From contig DATKWK010000017.1 of assembly GCA_035529595.1 (NCBI GenBank), forward strand, positions 314,961-378,960: DNA of 64,000 bases, given 5' to 3'. The DNA comes from Candidatus Bathyarchaeia archaeon. GTDB lineage: Bacteria; Patescibacteriota; Microgenomatia; PFEM01; JAFGMK01. The position numbers and the translations under genes are program-made. This document shows, in pieces, positions 19,526 to 30,098 of this stretch; the first letter of the stretch is position 1; each line of letters begins with the position of its first letter. The notes under the pieces were generated by a model. The model had not been told where the DNA came from. It was given only the letters and a program-made list of their open reading frames with translations, and made no database searches.

Positions 19526-20023
19526 TTAAATTCTGCCTTGGTTTAGGATAGAAAGTAAGGTTCTTTGAATAGTGATTTGCTCTTCTTCCGTTGGTTGTTT
19601 TTCATTGGCTGCTTGGCCGTAAAGAATTATCTTAGTATATAAATTATCTGCGCCGCCTGGAAAACCCTTATCTTCATAAGTAAACTTTCCCAATTTAGTT
19701 GTGAATTCCTTCAGTTGATTAAATAATTCGGTCTCGACTTGGAAATCTTTCTGTTTTCCGGTAACATCGTCTAGATTTGAGGCGGTTCCGTTGCTGTAAA
19801 TAACCAGGTGGTCACGAAAACCAGCGAATCCGCCAACGGAATGATATTCGGCTAACTTGCTAATTTGAGGCGTAGGGGGAGTCGGTAAGGGTAGTCTGGT
19901 AGACTTTCGATATACAAATAGAGTAATAAATCCACCGATCAATAAAATTAAACCTATAATGATAGCCGCTAAACGTTTCTTTATTGTTCGCTCCTGAAAC
20001 GAAACTTTATTAGATGATAGCAC
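19526..20023 (-). CDS. Membrane-anchored hypothetical protein
   Basis: TM, Pro-rich linker, GGFAGF..GGAD pattern. Confidence 0.65.
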   Translation of the reverse strand: MLSSNKVSFQERTIKKRLAAIIIGLILLIGGFITLFVYRKSTRLPLPTPPTPQISKLAEYHSVGGFAGFRDHLVIYSNGTASNLDDVTGKQKDFQVETELFNQLKEFTTKLGKFTYEDKGFPGGADNLYTKIILYGQAANEKQPTEEEQITIQRTLLSILNQGRI

Positions 20024-20086
20024 AAACTATTTAGTATTAAAACGTAAAGAAATGAAACATCTTCGTAGGTGATATAATTTGGAATT

Positions 20087-20835
20087 ATGATCGACCTTTT
20101 AGAACAAGAAGAGTTTTGTGGAGAACCGCCTTCATTAAGGGAATTAGGCCTAGAGAGACTTGGGATTGCTGATGGTATATTAAAAGTTGATCTTCGTGAT
20201 CCAGAAAGTGGTGCCGAATATACTGTTTCTTCATTGTTAATTGAACCCCGGGAAATGAAAGCTGGCAGAGATAAATATGTAACAATTGGCCTATGGGAAA
20301 ATAAGAACGGAGAAGAGCTTCCAGTTGGTCAAGTTAGTTTTTGTTTACCAACAGCAGCTAAACTTGCTACCTGTGATAGGTCATCGTTTTTTTTGATGAA
20401 GGATAGCGTCCCTCTTCCGGATAGATTTGACAGACTAAGACAAGCCCTCAAAACGGCTTACGGAAAAGATGACGCTAGGGCGTAAATATTTTGCATTTAT
20501 ATCAAAGAAAAGGATTAGGTAAATTGTTATGGGCATTAGGCTTGGGAACTTTAGAATTAATGGGGTATAAAGCTTGTAGAATTTTCCAGGATGAGACTGT
20601 CATGGCAAATAGAATTTATGGATATAAAAGAGGAGAAAATGGGGAATATACTGATCGGGTAGAAAGTTTCTATGAAAGATATGGAGCAGAATTACAAAAC
20701 TTTCCTATGAAACGTATTAGATATGGTACTAAGCAAACAGAGGTTGTTGATCATTATGATCCAGTAGCTCTAACTCACTTAACCGCTGAACAAGAAGCAA
20801 TAATTACAAGATTTATTAAAAAAAACAATAAATAA
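20087..20835 (+). pseudogene. Frameshifted GNAT-like protein
   Basis: Two ORFs in different frames joined near 20477; YQRKGLG acetyl-CoA motif in the second part. Confidence 0.5.
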
Positions 20836-20976
20836 TATTTATTTTTGCCGGGACTAGTAAACTATATTAGAGCTTAGTTCATGGGAAAGGGTTCTGACTT
20901 AAGCCTTTTAATTGCTTGCTTTCAAACTTTGTTATAATTGCAGTTACTTGAACAAAACAAAAAATAGTTTTTTAAA

Positions 20977-21558
20977 GTGATGGCAAGAAGGCCGCTTTCT
21001 AAACAACCGATTCCTGAAAATGCCAAAAGGGTTTTCCAGGGTAAAATCTTTGCTGTTTATCAATGGGAACAAAAACTTTTTGACGGTACAAAAACAATTT
21101 TTGAGAAAATAAAAAGGCCAGACACGGTAAATGTTTTTCCGGTGACCAATAAAGGGAAAATTATTTTGTCCAAGCAAAGACAACCAGGTGATCAGCCTTT
21201 TGTCGGTTGCTTGGGCGGAAGAATAGACAAAAACGAGACTCCTTTGCAGGCAGCTAAAAGAGAGCTTTTAGAAGAAGGCGGTTTTAAGGCTAAAAAGTTT
21301 ATTCTTTGGGAAGCATCCCATCTTTTGGAAAAGATTGATTGGGTGATCTACAACTTTATTGCTAAAGATTTAATAAAGGTTGATAAAACCATTACTGATC
21401 CGGGTGAAAAGATTGAACTTTTTTCAGTTACCTTTGATCAATTTTTAAAAATTATCACTCAGGACAACTTTAGAGACATTGAAATTGCCTTAAAACTTCT
21501 TAAAATAAAAGAAAACCCAAATGAGCTTGAGAAAGTACGTCAGTTTTTTGAGGGGTAA
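20977..21558 (+). CDS. NUDIX hydrolase (ADP-ribose pyrophosphatase-like)
   Basis: GGRIDKNETPLQAAKRELLEEGG. Confidence 0.85.
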   Translation: MMARRPLSKQPIPENAKRVFQGKIFAVYQWEQKLFDGTKTIFEKIKRPDTVNVFPVTNKGKIILSKQRQPGDQPFVGCLGGRIDKNETPLQAAKRELLEEGGFKAKKFILWEASHLLEKIDWVIYNFIAKDLIKVDKTITDPGEKIELFSVTFDQFLKIITQDNFRDIEIALKLLKIKENPNELEKVRQFFEG

Positions 21559-21651
21559 ATATTTGAAGAATAAATATTGTTTATACTCAAAAACAAATTT
21601 CTTTCTTGATACTATGATTTGTGTCATGATATCAAATAATAAGCGGAATCA

Positions 21652-22134
21652 ATGATGCTAATTAAAATAAAAAAACCAAAATTAGAAGATCTATCTGAAA
21701 TAATTGAACTATGGAAAAAACAATATGCTTTTCATTATGATTTGGATTCCAAATATTACGTATCTAATTCTCCTTCGTTAACAAAAAAATTCAGAAGATA
21801 TCTTAAAAAAGCGATCGTTAAATCTCAGCCAAATATCTTGGTTGCTCAGGTCAAAGAAGAAATTATCGGTTTTATTACTTTCAGTGTGGATTCTGATGAT
21901 TATCTTGATGCCAGGATTAAAAAATTTGGTCATATAATAGAACTTTTTGTCACTGAAGAATACCGACAACAAGGTGTAGGAAAAAAACTTTCACAGGCGA
22001 CGGAAAATTATTTTTCCCGAGCGGGTATAAAATATCTTATAGTGCAATCATCTTCTTTTAATAAACTGGCAATCAATTTCTATCGGCAAATTGGTTTTGT
22101 TAATCGCCAAGTTTTGTTTTTTAAAAAGATTTAA
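21652..22134 (+). CDS. GNAT N-acetyltransferase
   Basis: FVTEEYRQQGVG; N..AINFY..GF. Confidence 0.9.
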   Translation: MMLIKIKKPKLEDLSEIIELWKKQYAFHYDLDSKYYVSNSPSLTKKFRRYLKKAIVKSQPNILVAQVKEEIIGFITFSVDSDDYLDARIKKFGHIIELFVTEEYRQQGVGKKLSQATENYFSRAGIKYLIVQSSSFNKLAINFYRQIGFVNRQVLFFKKI

Positions 22135-22136
22135 GG

Positions 22137-22907
22137 ATGTCAAAAAAACCGAAAATAATCAGATGCTATCTGGGTTATAAAGAAAAGCTTGATCAGTTAA
22201 GTTTTGAATATGATCCCCAGGGCTTAAGGCCGAGTTGGATTCATATTAAGGATCCCAAATTTAAGGCTCGGTTTTTCTCCATAATGACAAAAACCGATTC
22301 CGAAGTGCTTTACAAAAGGTTCACCGGAAATTTCTACTATCCGGTTGACTTGAAAATCAATGAAAAAGAAATAAAGCGTTTTTACCAGAAGTTCGCCTCT
22401 GTTTATGATCAAAACACCGCCAGGAACAATCAACCGATGGCTGAGTTTTTACTTACAAAAATTAAAAAACTTAAAGTCAGCCGCAAGGCAAAAGTACTTG
22501 ATCTTGGCGCCGGCACTGGGATATTTAGCGATTTGGCCTCTCAAAATGGATCTACTGATTTGACTCTTTTGGACAATTCCGAGGCCATGCTTGATATTGC
22601 CCGAACGAAGTCTTCACTTGAAAGAGCAAAATTTATTTTGGGTGATATTCGTGAACAAAAATTTAATCAGACTTTTGACTTGATTGTTAGCATCATGATG
22701 TTTGATGTAATTGACGATAGAGAACTTCCCAAAATACTTGAAAATTTAAAGAAACATCTTGAAAAAGGCGGTTATATTTTACTGATTGAAGATAAACAGA
22801 GAGCTGTTTATAAAAAATATTTTAGGACAATTGAAGAAGGTATCTTTTATATCTCCAAAAAAGATAATTTTACCAAATACTGTTTCATCGGGGGAAAAAC
22901 GGATTAA
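22137..22907 (+). CDS. Class I SAM-dependent methyltransferase
   Basis: VLDLGAGTG. Confidence 0.85.
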   Translation: MSKKPKIIRCYLGYKEKLDQLSFEYDPQGLRPSWIHIKDPKFKARFFSIMTKTDSEVLYKRFTGNFYYPVDLKINEKEIKRFYQKFASVYDQNTARNNQPMAEFLLTKIKKLKVSRKAKVLDLGAGTGIFSDLASQNGSTDLTLLDNSEAMLDIARTKSSLERAKFILGDIREQKFNQTFDLIVSIMMFDVIDDRELPKILENLKKHLEKGGYILLIEDKQRAVYKKYFRTIEEGIFYISKKDNFTKYCFIGGKTD

Positions 22908-22908
22908 G

Positions 22909-24015
22909 TTATTTTTTCTCTTCTTGTAATTTCTCCATCAAAATCGAATAGAAGCGAAGGTTGTGGATTGTTGCCAGTCTGGCAGCGGTTATTTCCTTGA
23001 TTCGAAAAAGATGAGCCAGATAAGCCCGGGAGTAATTTCGGCAGAGCAGGCAATCGCAAGCGCGGCTGACCCGTTGGTCATCTTGGAAATATTTTTCTTT
23101 ATCTGGCGTAAAGAAAGAGTAAAATTTTGGGTTTCTGATGTTTATTTTCTCAATCGAGTCAGCTTCATAGACATAGAGCCGTCGGTGGCGCGCGTCCCGG
23201 GTTGGCAAAACACAATCGAAGATATGGAAACCTAAATCAACACAGCCGACAATTTCTTCTGGTTTCCCGACACCCAGGCCGTACAAAAAATAACCCTTTG
23301 GGGAATTATCGGCGATCGTTTCGGCAACAGGGTAGTTAAATTCCCCTGTTTGGGTAATCGGCCAACCGCCATAACCGAAGCCGTCAAAACCAATTTCCGC
23401 CAATCGCTGTGTACATTCTTTTCTTAAATCAAGATAGTCTCCTCCTTGAACTACGGCTAAAAGGTAGGGGCGATTATTTCCCGTTAGCCCCTTTTTTTGG
23501 CAACACTTCAAAAATTCCTGTTTTGATCGCTTGGCCCAGATAATTGTCCGCTCAACAGTTTCATTGGCTTCTTGGTGACTTGCTTTAGGTGGGGTGAAAT
23601 CGTCAAGAACAACCAGCATATCCGGATCGAGTGTCATTTGGAAGCGGATCGATTTTTCGGGTGTAAAAAGGATTTTTTTATCTCCTTGCGGATGGAAAAT
23701 TGCCCCTTTGTCGGTAACATTTCCCCTCTTACCCCCCTTTTTGGCCAAAGTCATGACTTGAAAGCCGCCGGAGTCGGAAATTACCGCTCCTTTCCAGGAC
23801 ATAAAGCCGCGAATACCTTGGTGTTTTTTGATCACTTTAGGGCCAAGATTACGGTAAAGATGATAAGTATTGACTAAGATACCCGGTGTCTTGGTTTCTT
23901 CGATATCGCGCGAATCCAGGGTCTTGATTACTGCCTGGGTCGCATCAGGGAAAAAAACGGGCAAAGGCATTTTCCGGTCGCGGCTTTTAAAAAAAATTCT
24001 TTCTTGATTCTCCAT
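22909..24015 (-). CDS. tgt: tRNA-guanine transglycosylase
   Basis: DSGGFQ, VQGG, GVGKP, DCVLPTR, CDCLLC..H zinc site. Confidence 0.92.
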   Translation of the reverse strand: MENQERIFFKSRDRKMPLPVFFPDATQAVIKTLDSRDIEETKTPGILVNTYHLYRNLGPKVIKKHQGIRGFMSWKGAVISDSGGFQVMTLAKKGGKRGNVTDKGAIFHPQGDKKILFTPEKSIRFQMTLDPDMLVVLDDFTPPKASHQEANETVERTIIWAKRSKQEFLKCCQKKGLTGNNRPYLLAVVQGGDYLDLRKECTQRLAEIGFDGFGYGGWPITQTGEFNYPVAETIADNSPKGYFLYGLGVGKPEEIVGCVDLGFHIFDCVLPTRDARHRRLYVYEADSIEKINIRNPKFYSFFTPDKEKYFQDDQRVSRACDCLLCRNYSRAYLAHLFRIKEITAARLATIHNLRFYSILMEKLQEEKK

Positions 24016-24108
24016 AAGGATATTATAATAAAACACTGGATGTAATCCAAGGATTTTACAATGATAGCTTTTTTTGACTAATATTGTTAAAATAGTTGCT
24101 GGGTAACA

Positions 24109-24423
24109 ATGGTTGAAAACGAAACACCAATTCCAGAAACCGGCAGACAGGCTTCTTTGCAGGTTCATAATGCCTGGAGAGCAGAACGGTTTTTTGCTGC
24201 TTCGGCGGCTGCAAGTATTGGCTTGGCCGGTGAGGGTATGCTAACGATAATCTGTGACCAGATGTTTACCGATATGGCCAGAAATGTTATTTCCGGTGTT
24301 GAAATTACCCACACGGGAGGCTGGATCGGAATGGGATTATATGTTATGAGTTTATTGGCTGGTAGCACTGCTTTGGCGGCGGCGCTTTATCTTCATGGGA
24401 AAGAAAGTAGGCAAACTCGATGA
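24109..24423 (+). CDS. Hypothetical membrane protein
   Basis: ORF with two hydrophobic segments, coupled to the next gene. Confidence 0.55.
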   Translation: MVENETPIPETGRQASLQVHNAWRAERFFAASAAASIGLAGEGMLTIICDQMFTDMARNVISGVEITHTGGWIGMGLYVMSLLAGSTALAAALYLHGKESRQTR

Positions 24424-24800
24424 AGTTATCACTTCCTAACCTTAACCAATTTTTTGATGAAGTCGATCCGGAAAAGACGATTGACCGGGCAAAAGCCCTA
24501 ACCGATATCAGTTTAGTGGTAATTTTACAGGCCTTAGTTGAGGTTCGGGGAAAATTATCAGAGAATAGAAAAGCCGAGCTGGATCAGATTCTCCAGAATG
24601 ATAAGGGTTTGGATATGGACAAAATTTATACTTGGTTTAAGCGGATCAGGAAAAGAAAAGATCTTTTTACTGCCATAAATAATCAGATTGAAAAAGTCAG
24701 GATTGATTATATGCAAACTCATTTAAAAGCCATGCCGGCAGAAAAGAGAAAAAAGGTGATTGACCGGTTTCCTGCCCTAGAAAGTTTTGCCTCAGTTTAA
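24420..24800 (+). CDS. Hypothetical protein
   Basis: ORF with ATGA overlap. Confidence 0.6.
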   Translation: MKLSLPNLNQFFDEVDPEKTIDRAKALTDISLVVILQALVEVRGKLSENRKAELDQILQNDKGLDMDKIYTWFKRIRKRKDLFTAINNQIEKVRIDYMQTHLKAMPAEKRKKVIDRFPALESFASV

Positions 24801-24869
24801 AATATTTTTCTTCTCTCTGATGAAATTAAAAGTTAAAGATCTGACAGAAATCAGTATTTTTTTAACTTA

Positions 24870-25688
24870 ATGAGAGGTATTACCCAAGATTTCTCAATCA
24901 AAGAAGTAGGCCAAGTCTTAGATCGCTTTTGCTGCGAATTTTGGTTTGCCCCAGCCGATAGTTTCCTAAGAGCTGCCGAAGCTTTATTGTGGTCCAGGCA
25001 AAAATTGACACGTCCGATTTTGGATATCGGTTGCGGCGACGGCCGATACAGTCGGTTATTGCTCCAGCACCAGCCTGAAATTGACATCGGTCTGGATATA
25101 AATGCCCAAGAAGTCGAGATTGCCAAAACCAGCGGTTTATACCGTCAAGTTGTCGTTGCCGATGCCGTTAAAATGCCCCTTGATGATAATTTTTTTGCCA
25201 CGGTTATCAGTAATTGCACCTTTGAGCATATTAAAGATGATCTGAAAGCGGTAAAGGAGGTTTCGCGAGTCTTGAAAGCGGGCGGGATTTTTTTGTTCAC
25301 CGTTCCTGCAGAAAGGTTATCGAAAAATCTGCAAGAAATTATCGGCAATGATTTAAAGTTTACCTTGTTTAATCAAAGAGTCAGTCATTTTCACTACCGG
25401 AGTCTATCTGAGTGGCAAAAAATCCTGAAGCAAAATCACCTAAAAGTAATCAGCCATCAGTCTTATTTGTCCCAAAAAGCGCTTATTTTTTGGTATCGTC
25501 TTTTCCGGTTAGCGACCTTAAAACTCCGGGGCCGTGAACTTTGGTCGTATCTGAAAGATTCGCGGTACGGCCGGTTATTACCTAGTGAATTGATTGGTCT
25601 TTGGGAAACTAAGTATCTAACTCGTTATTATCAGGAAATGTTTTCCAAAGATGGCAACTGGCTTTTTATCATTGCCAAAAAAAACTAA
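24870..25688 (+). CDS. Class I SAM-dependent methyltransferase
   Basis: ILDIGCGDG; FEHI. Confidence 0.85.
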   Translation: MRGITQDFSIKEVGQVLDRFCCEFWFAPADSFLRAAEALLWSRQKLTRPILDIGCGDGRYSRLLLQHQPEIDIGLDINAQEVEIAKTSGLYRQVVVADAVKMPLDDNFFATVISNCTFEHIKDDLKAVKEVSRVLKAGGIFLFTVPAERLSKNLQEIIGNDLKFTLFNQRVSHFHYRSLSEWQKILKQNHLKVISHQSYLSQKALIFWYRLFRLATLKLRGRELWSYLKDSRYGRLLPSELIGLWETKYLTRYYQEMFSKDGNWLFIIAKKN

Positions 25689-26789
25689 ATGAAAATTGCC
25701 GTTTTTCACAATCTGCCGCCTGGTGGCGCCAAAAGAGTTTTATACGAAGAAATTAGATTGCTAACCGTAAAAAACGAACTTCATCTTTTTGAATTGGAAT
25801 TAACCGATGAAAGTTTCTTGGATGTCAGGCCTTTCTGTGAAAAAATCTACTCCTTTCCTTTTGAAATAAATTCCTGCCTGCCTGGTTTTCTGGCGCGTTT
25901 AGAGAAGGATTACCGGAATTTTGTCTCTCTGGCAGCGCTTCATAAAAAAATTGCCAGGCAAATCGATCAAGGGAAATTTAATTTCTGCTTAGTTCATCCT
26001 GATCAGCTGACCCAAGCCCCTTTTTTATTAAAATTTTTAATCACCCCGTCGATTTATTTTTGCCAGGAACTGTTACGGATTGTCTATGAGAAAGAATTAG
26101 CTTTTGAAAAAACCGGAAATCGATTTAAAAATAGTTATGAAGAATTGACCAGGGGAATCAGAAAAAACATTGATAAAAATAACGCCTCTTCAGCAACCAG
26201 AATATTAACGTCTTCAAGGTATATCCAAGAAAAAGTAAAAAAAGCTTACAAGAAGAAAGCCGAGGTTTGTTCTTTGGGAGTTGATACCGGTCTTTTTAAG
26301 CCTTATCCGGTTAAAAGTAAAGATCAGGTTTTATTTATCGGCGGCAATGATAAAATCAGCGGTTTTGATTTTGCCCAAAATGTTTTCAGGTTAGCTGCCC
26401 TGCCGGGACTGCGGTTTAAACGGATTATTTTTTCCAAAGATTTTCGCGATCAAGATTTAGTCAAGGAATACTCCCGGAGTCTGGTAACTTTATGTACCGG
26501 TGTAAATGAGCCTTTTGGTTTAGTTGCCTTAGAGTCAATGGCTTGCCGGACACCGGTTTTGGCCGTTAACGAAGGCGGTTACCGGGAGACTGTTATTAAT
26601 GGAAAGACAGGTTTTTTACACAATAGAGACCCGGGAGAATTCGCTCAAAAAATCAAACTATTTGCCCGAAACCCTTCATTGGTTAGAAAAATAGGATTTG
26701 AAGGCCGGAAACAGGTAATCAAAAAATGGACTTGGCAAAATCATGTCCAGCGCCTGACTTCGTTAATGAAAAAGTTTGATTCTGAATAA
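25689..26789 (+). CDS. Glycosyltransferase family 4
   Basis: GGAKR; EPFGLVALESMA. Confidence 0.9.
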   Translation: MKIAVFHNLPPGGAKRVLYEEIRLLTVKNELHLFELELTDESFLDVRPFCEKIYSFPFEINSCLPGFLARLEKDYRNFVSLAALHKKIARQIDQGKFNFCLVHPDQLTQAPFLLKFLITPSIYFCQELLRIVYEKELAFEKTGNRFKNSYEELTRGIRKNIDKNNASSATRILTSSRYIQEKVKKAYKKKAEVCSLGVDTGLFKPYPVKSKDQVLFIGGNDKISGFDFAQNVFRLAALPGLRFKRIIFSKDFRDQDLVKEYSRSLVTLCTGVNEPFGLVALESMACRTPVLAVNEGGYRETVINGKTGFLHNRDPGEFAQKIKLFARNPSLVRKIGFEGRKQVIKKWTWQNHVQRLTSLMKKFDSE

Positions 26790-26798
26790 GGGGGATTT

Positions 26799-27512
26799 TC
26801 ACTTCCTTCCTGTTTCTAACTTTCTTTTCGTTTCCCTGAGAGCGATTTTTGGCAGGGATTCTTGATTTTCCTCGAGGTAAGCGGTTACTTCAGCCCGAAA
26901 ATACTTAATCATACTTCTCAGCAGCCAGGAGATAGCTTTAGTGATCAGGATACTTTCTCCGGCTTTTAAATTGTCAATAACCGAGAAAGCCAGTTGGCTA
27001 AATCTTTCATCAGTTGATTGCCGGACTGGAGCAGTTAATAAAACCAGACTGGCTCTTTGTTTATTCGGATTTTCATCTTTTGCCAATTTAATGATCGTTC
27101 TTTTTCACGCTGGCCAATTACTAAGCATGTCTTGGGCTGAGAAAACAGATTGGCAGATCGAATCCACCTGTGACCAGCCACTTAAGTTATCCAACCAGCT
27201 ATCCAGACAGCCAGGACTAATCTTAGCCATCAATTTGGGGTAGCGTTGAAGCAGCATCCCGGCAAAACATTTTTCAGTGCTGTAAAAACCTCTATTTGAG
27301 AGATTAATAAGTAATAGTAGTTTGCTTAAACCTAAATCTTGGTACTTAGAAGCAAACTCCCGGGCAATTTTTCTCATCATCGGATTAGGAATATTCAACG
27401 AAGGACTGCTGCCCCCGCCATAGTCAGAGCCAAAAAATTTACTGGGACTGCCTCGATTTGATTTTAATTGGTCAAGAATTTCTCGGTAATATTTTTCCAC
27501 GATTTGTTTCAT
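26799..27512 (-). pseudogene. AlkD-like repair protein interrupted by an in-frame TGA
   Basis: ORFs 27105-27512 and 26799-27086 are in the same frame; ITKAISWLLR motif in the C-terminal part. Confidence 0.75.
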
Positions 27513-27808
27513 TTATTACTCACTACGGTTGGAGTTTGTAAGTGGTAAGCAGATTTTTGTTTTCCTTCCATATTTTAACCTAAACTGCCGTTTTTCACAA
27601 AGATTTCTGATCTTCTGGAGCTTTTTTGGCCCCAATCTGATGTTTTTTACCGCCGATTTAAAAGTTTCTTAATTCAAGTCAATATTATAAAATAATGATT
27701 AATTATTCAGCCGAAAACCCGTTTAGTAATTTTTAAGATCTCTCTATAGCGGGGAAGTGTTATCGTAGAAGAAAGAAAGACTAGTTTCGTATGATAAAAT
27801 TCTCTTTA

Positions 27809-28534
27809 ATGAAAAAATCACTAATTGGCGCCTCGATTATTTTTCTTGTTGCTGTTACTATTTTGGGATTGATACGCTTTGTGATCGGCGGACCGGAAGA
27901 TGATTGGCTTTGTGTTGACGGACAATGGGTAAAACACGGAAACCCACGCCATCTGGTGCCAAGAATCGGCTGTGGCGAAGCAGAGCCAGAGGAGCTGGCT
28001 AAGATTCCGCCCGCAGATGATGAACAACTAATCGGTGGGGATCAGGATGAGCATGGCTGTTTGATTGCTGCCGGTTATAGTTGGTGCGAGGTAAAACAAA
28101 AATGTTTACGCGAGTGGGAGGAGCCCTGTGAGCTGGAAGAAGTTTTTAATTTTTTCACCGCTCTTAAAGATAACGTTTTCATCAACTTTTCCGGTATCGG
28201 GATAATCGAGTTTAAATGGAATATTAAAGGGGAAAAAGTCGGCAAAGAAACAAAAATTAAGACTCTTAATTTGTCCGGGAAAGCGATTAGCGCTAGCGAA
28301 GTTTTGGAGGAAAAGATAAACGAAATTTGTGATTATTTTGAGAAAGAGGGTTTTGCGGTTAGCGTTTATAATATTGCTGCTGGAACCGTAACTGGTACCA
28401 TCGGTTATCAAAAAGATAATCTGGTTTGTTTGATTAGCAATGTCATGAGCGGTTTTGACTTTAGCGACCCCCAGGCTATTCCGACACCAAGCGGTAATGT
28501 TGATATTGAAGTCAGCTGCGGTCTCCTCGAGTAG
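27809..28534 (+). CDS. Membrane-anchored modular protein (GGPEDxWxC module plus GGDxDEHGC module)
   Basis: Both Cys-containing motifs are visible in the translation. Confidence 0.8.
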   Translation: MKKSLIGASIIFLVAVTILGLIRFVIGGPEDDWLCVDGQWVKHGNPRHLVPRIGCGEAEPEELAKIPPADDEQLIGGDQDEHGCLIAAGYSWCEVKQKCLREWEEPCELEEVFNFFTALKDNVFINFSGIGIIEFKWNIKGEKVGKETKIKTLNLSGKAISASEVLEEKINEICDYFEKEGFAVSVYNIAAGTVTGTIGYQKDNLVCLISNVMSGFDFSDPQAIPTPSGNVDIEVSCGLLE

Positions 28535-28586
28535 CTGTTTTCTGTCGCCTCTGGTTTATTATCGAGGTTAATGATCTTAGTTTCTT

Positions 28587-29846
28587 TTAATGCCGGCAAC
28601 TGGCTTTCCAAAAGTTGGTCAGATAACCAAACTCCAAACTATTAATAATTTGATCTGACACAATATCAATCGAACCATTATTAGATAAATAAAAGCCCGT
28701 AAAAGTAATCGCATCATCAGTATCTATTTGGTCATTCTGTCCAAAACAAATAGGTCTTATTGGCGGTAAACAGTCGTCTGGGTTTAAACAGGGATTGTCG
28801 GTACTAAGAAGTTTGGATCTTATCCCCAAGGTAATACTCGATAGTTTTTGGTAGCCGTCTTGACTGCCTTGGCTGCTAATACCCGCAATGGCCATTTTTT
28901 GAGGCGAATCCTCTTCAAAAACCCGGATAATCGCCGAATGACTAGAAACATACCCTGGAACATAGATATATGGCTTACCCGTGGAATCGGGATTATCCCA
29001 ATAACCGGAGGAGTGGACAAACCAGCCCATACCGTATGGTCCTGGTTTGATTTGTGTCCACATTAAATCGCGGTGAAAACGGCTGATCAATTGGTCGTTT
29101 AATAACCCCGCCGCGTAAAGGGCTAAATGAGCGGCGTTAGTTTTAATTCCCCCACTGCCATACCAGCTGGCATTGGGATTCGTGGTTATCGCGATGTCTA
29201 GTTTCGGATTAAGATATTCATCCAAAAGTTGCTGATATGTCTCCCGGTCATAACGGCCTTCAAAGTTATTACAAGTTCCATATGAATGGCAAGTTACCTT
29301 GGCAAGATGCCAAAGGGTAAGATTAAAACCGTTATTGCAATATTGATAGGCTTCTCCTGGCGCTTGTCTTAAATCGTAGGTCTGTGGTGGTTCGCCGGTT
29401 TCATTGCAGCCAATGATTCCTGAACGGTTACTAAGTAAGTGGCGCAGGGTTACCGGGACAGGATTGCCGTTAAGATTAAAAGTATAGCCGGAGGGCGAAA
29501 CGTCATCATCTAAGTCGACAATTCCTTTTTCTTCCAAAATCATAGTTAATGCCGTGAGGATCGCTTTCGATACCGAGGCAATACCGCTTTCTCGCTCGGC
29601 CGCACAACCGTAGCCTCTAGCATAGACTAAGTTGCCGCCGTAGATGACGCCGATTGATGTTTGGTCATAACCGATGTCTTCAACTGCCTCGTCTATCGCT
29701 GAGGCAATTTCCGGCTTTAACTTTGACGTTGCCGTTGACGGTACGGTCGCTGATGCCGGTAAAGGAAAGATGAGAATTAGCAAACTAGTTTTGATTAAAA
29801 AGAAAGTTACCAAGGGCCGAAGACACTTTTGGAGTTTTTTAACCAT
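28587..29846 (-). CDS. Secreted serine hydrolase, beta-lactamase/PBP-like (class C type)
   Basis: SVSK (SxxK), LRHLLSNRSG, YCN (YxN); dockerin/EF-like C-terminal tail. Confidence 0.8.
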   Translation of the reverse strand: MVKKLQKCLRPLVTFFLIKTSLLILIFPLPASATVPSTATSKLKPEIASAIDEAVEDIGYDQTSIGVIYGGNLVYARGYGCAAERESGIASVSKAILTALTMILEEKGIVDLDDDVSPSGYTFNLNGNPVPVTLRHLLSNRSGIIGCNETGEPPQTYDLRQAPGEAYQYCNNGFNLTLWHLAKVTCHSYGTCNNFEGRYDRETYQQLLDEYLNPKLDIAITTNPNASWYGSGGIKTNAAHLALYAAGLLNDQLISRFHRDLMWTQIKPGPYGMGWFVHSSGYWDNPDSTGKPYIYVPGYVSSHSAIIRVFEEDSPQKMAIAGISSQGSQDGYQKLSSITLGIRSKLLSTDNPCLNPDDCLPPIRPICFGQNDQIDTDDAITFTGFYLSNNGSIDIVSDQIINSLEFGYLTNFWKASCRH

Positions 29847-30098
29847 TTTCTTATTTTATCATCTTCTCCTATATCTGAGGTAATATAGCGAATTTCGCAC
29901 TTTACTTTCATTCTAAAATAACTTGACCACTAGTGATATATTTAAAGCTTTTTCGAAATGACTGATTGACTGACGTATAATTCTTACTTGCCTGGTAACT
30001 AGCCCTGGGGCTTCAATAGAATATTCTTGGCGATTTTGAAAATTTATTAATTTAAGTTAGAATTTTGATAAGGCTATCGGGAAAGGAGGTGATATAGG

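Noticed and set aside
27105-27107. Genetic code 25 or 4 (TGA recoding)
   Set aside because: Long conserved genes have no internal TGA, and several, including metK, end in TGA. A point mutation or sequencing error is simpler.
29980-30030. Possible structured RNA leader before 30099
   Set aside because: No recognisable riboswitch consensus or convincing stems.
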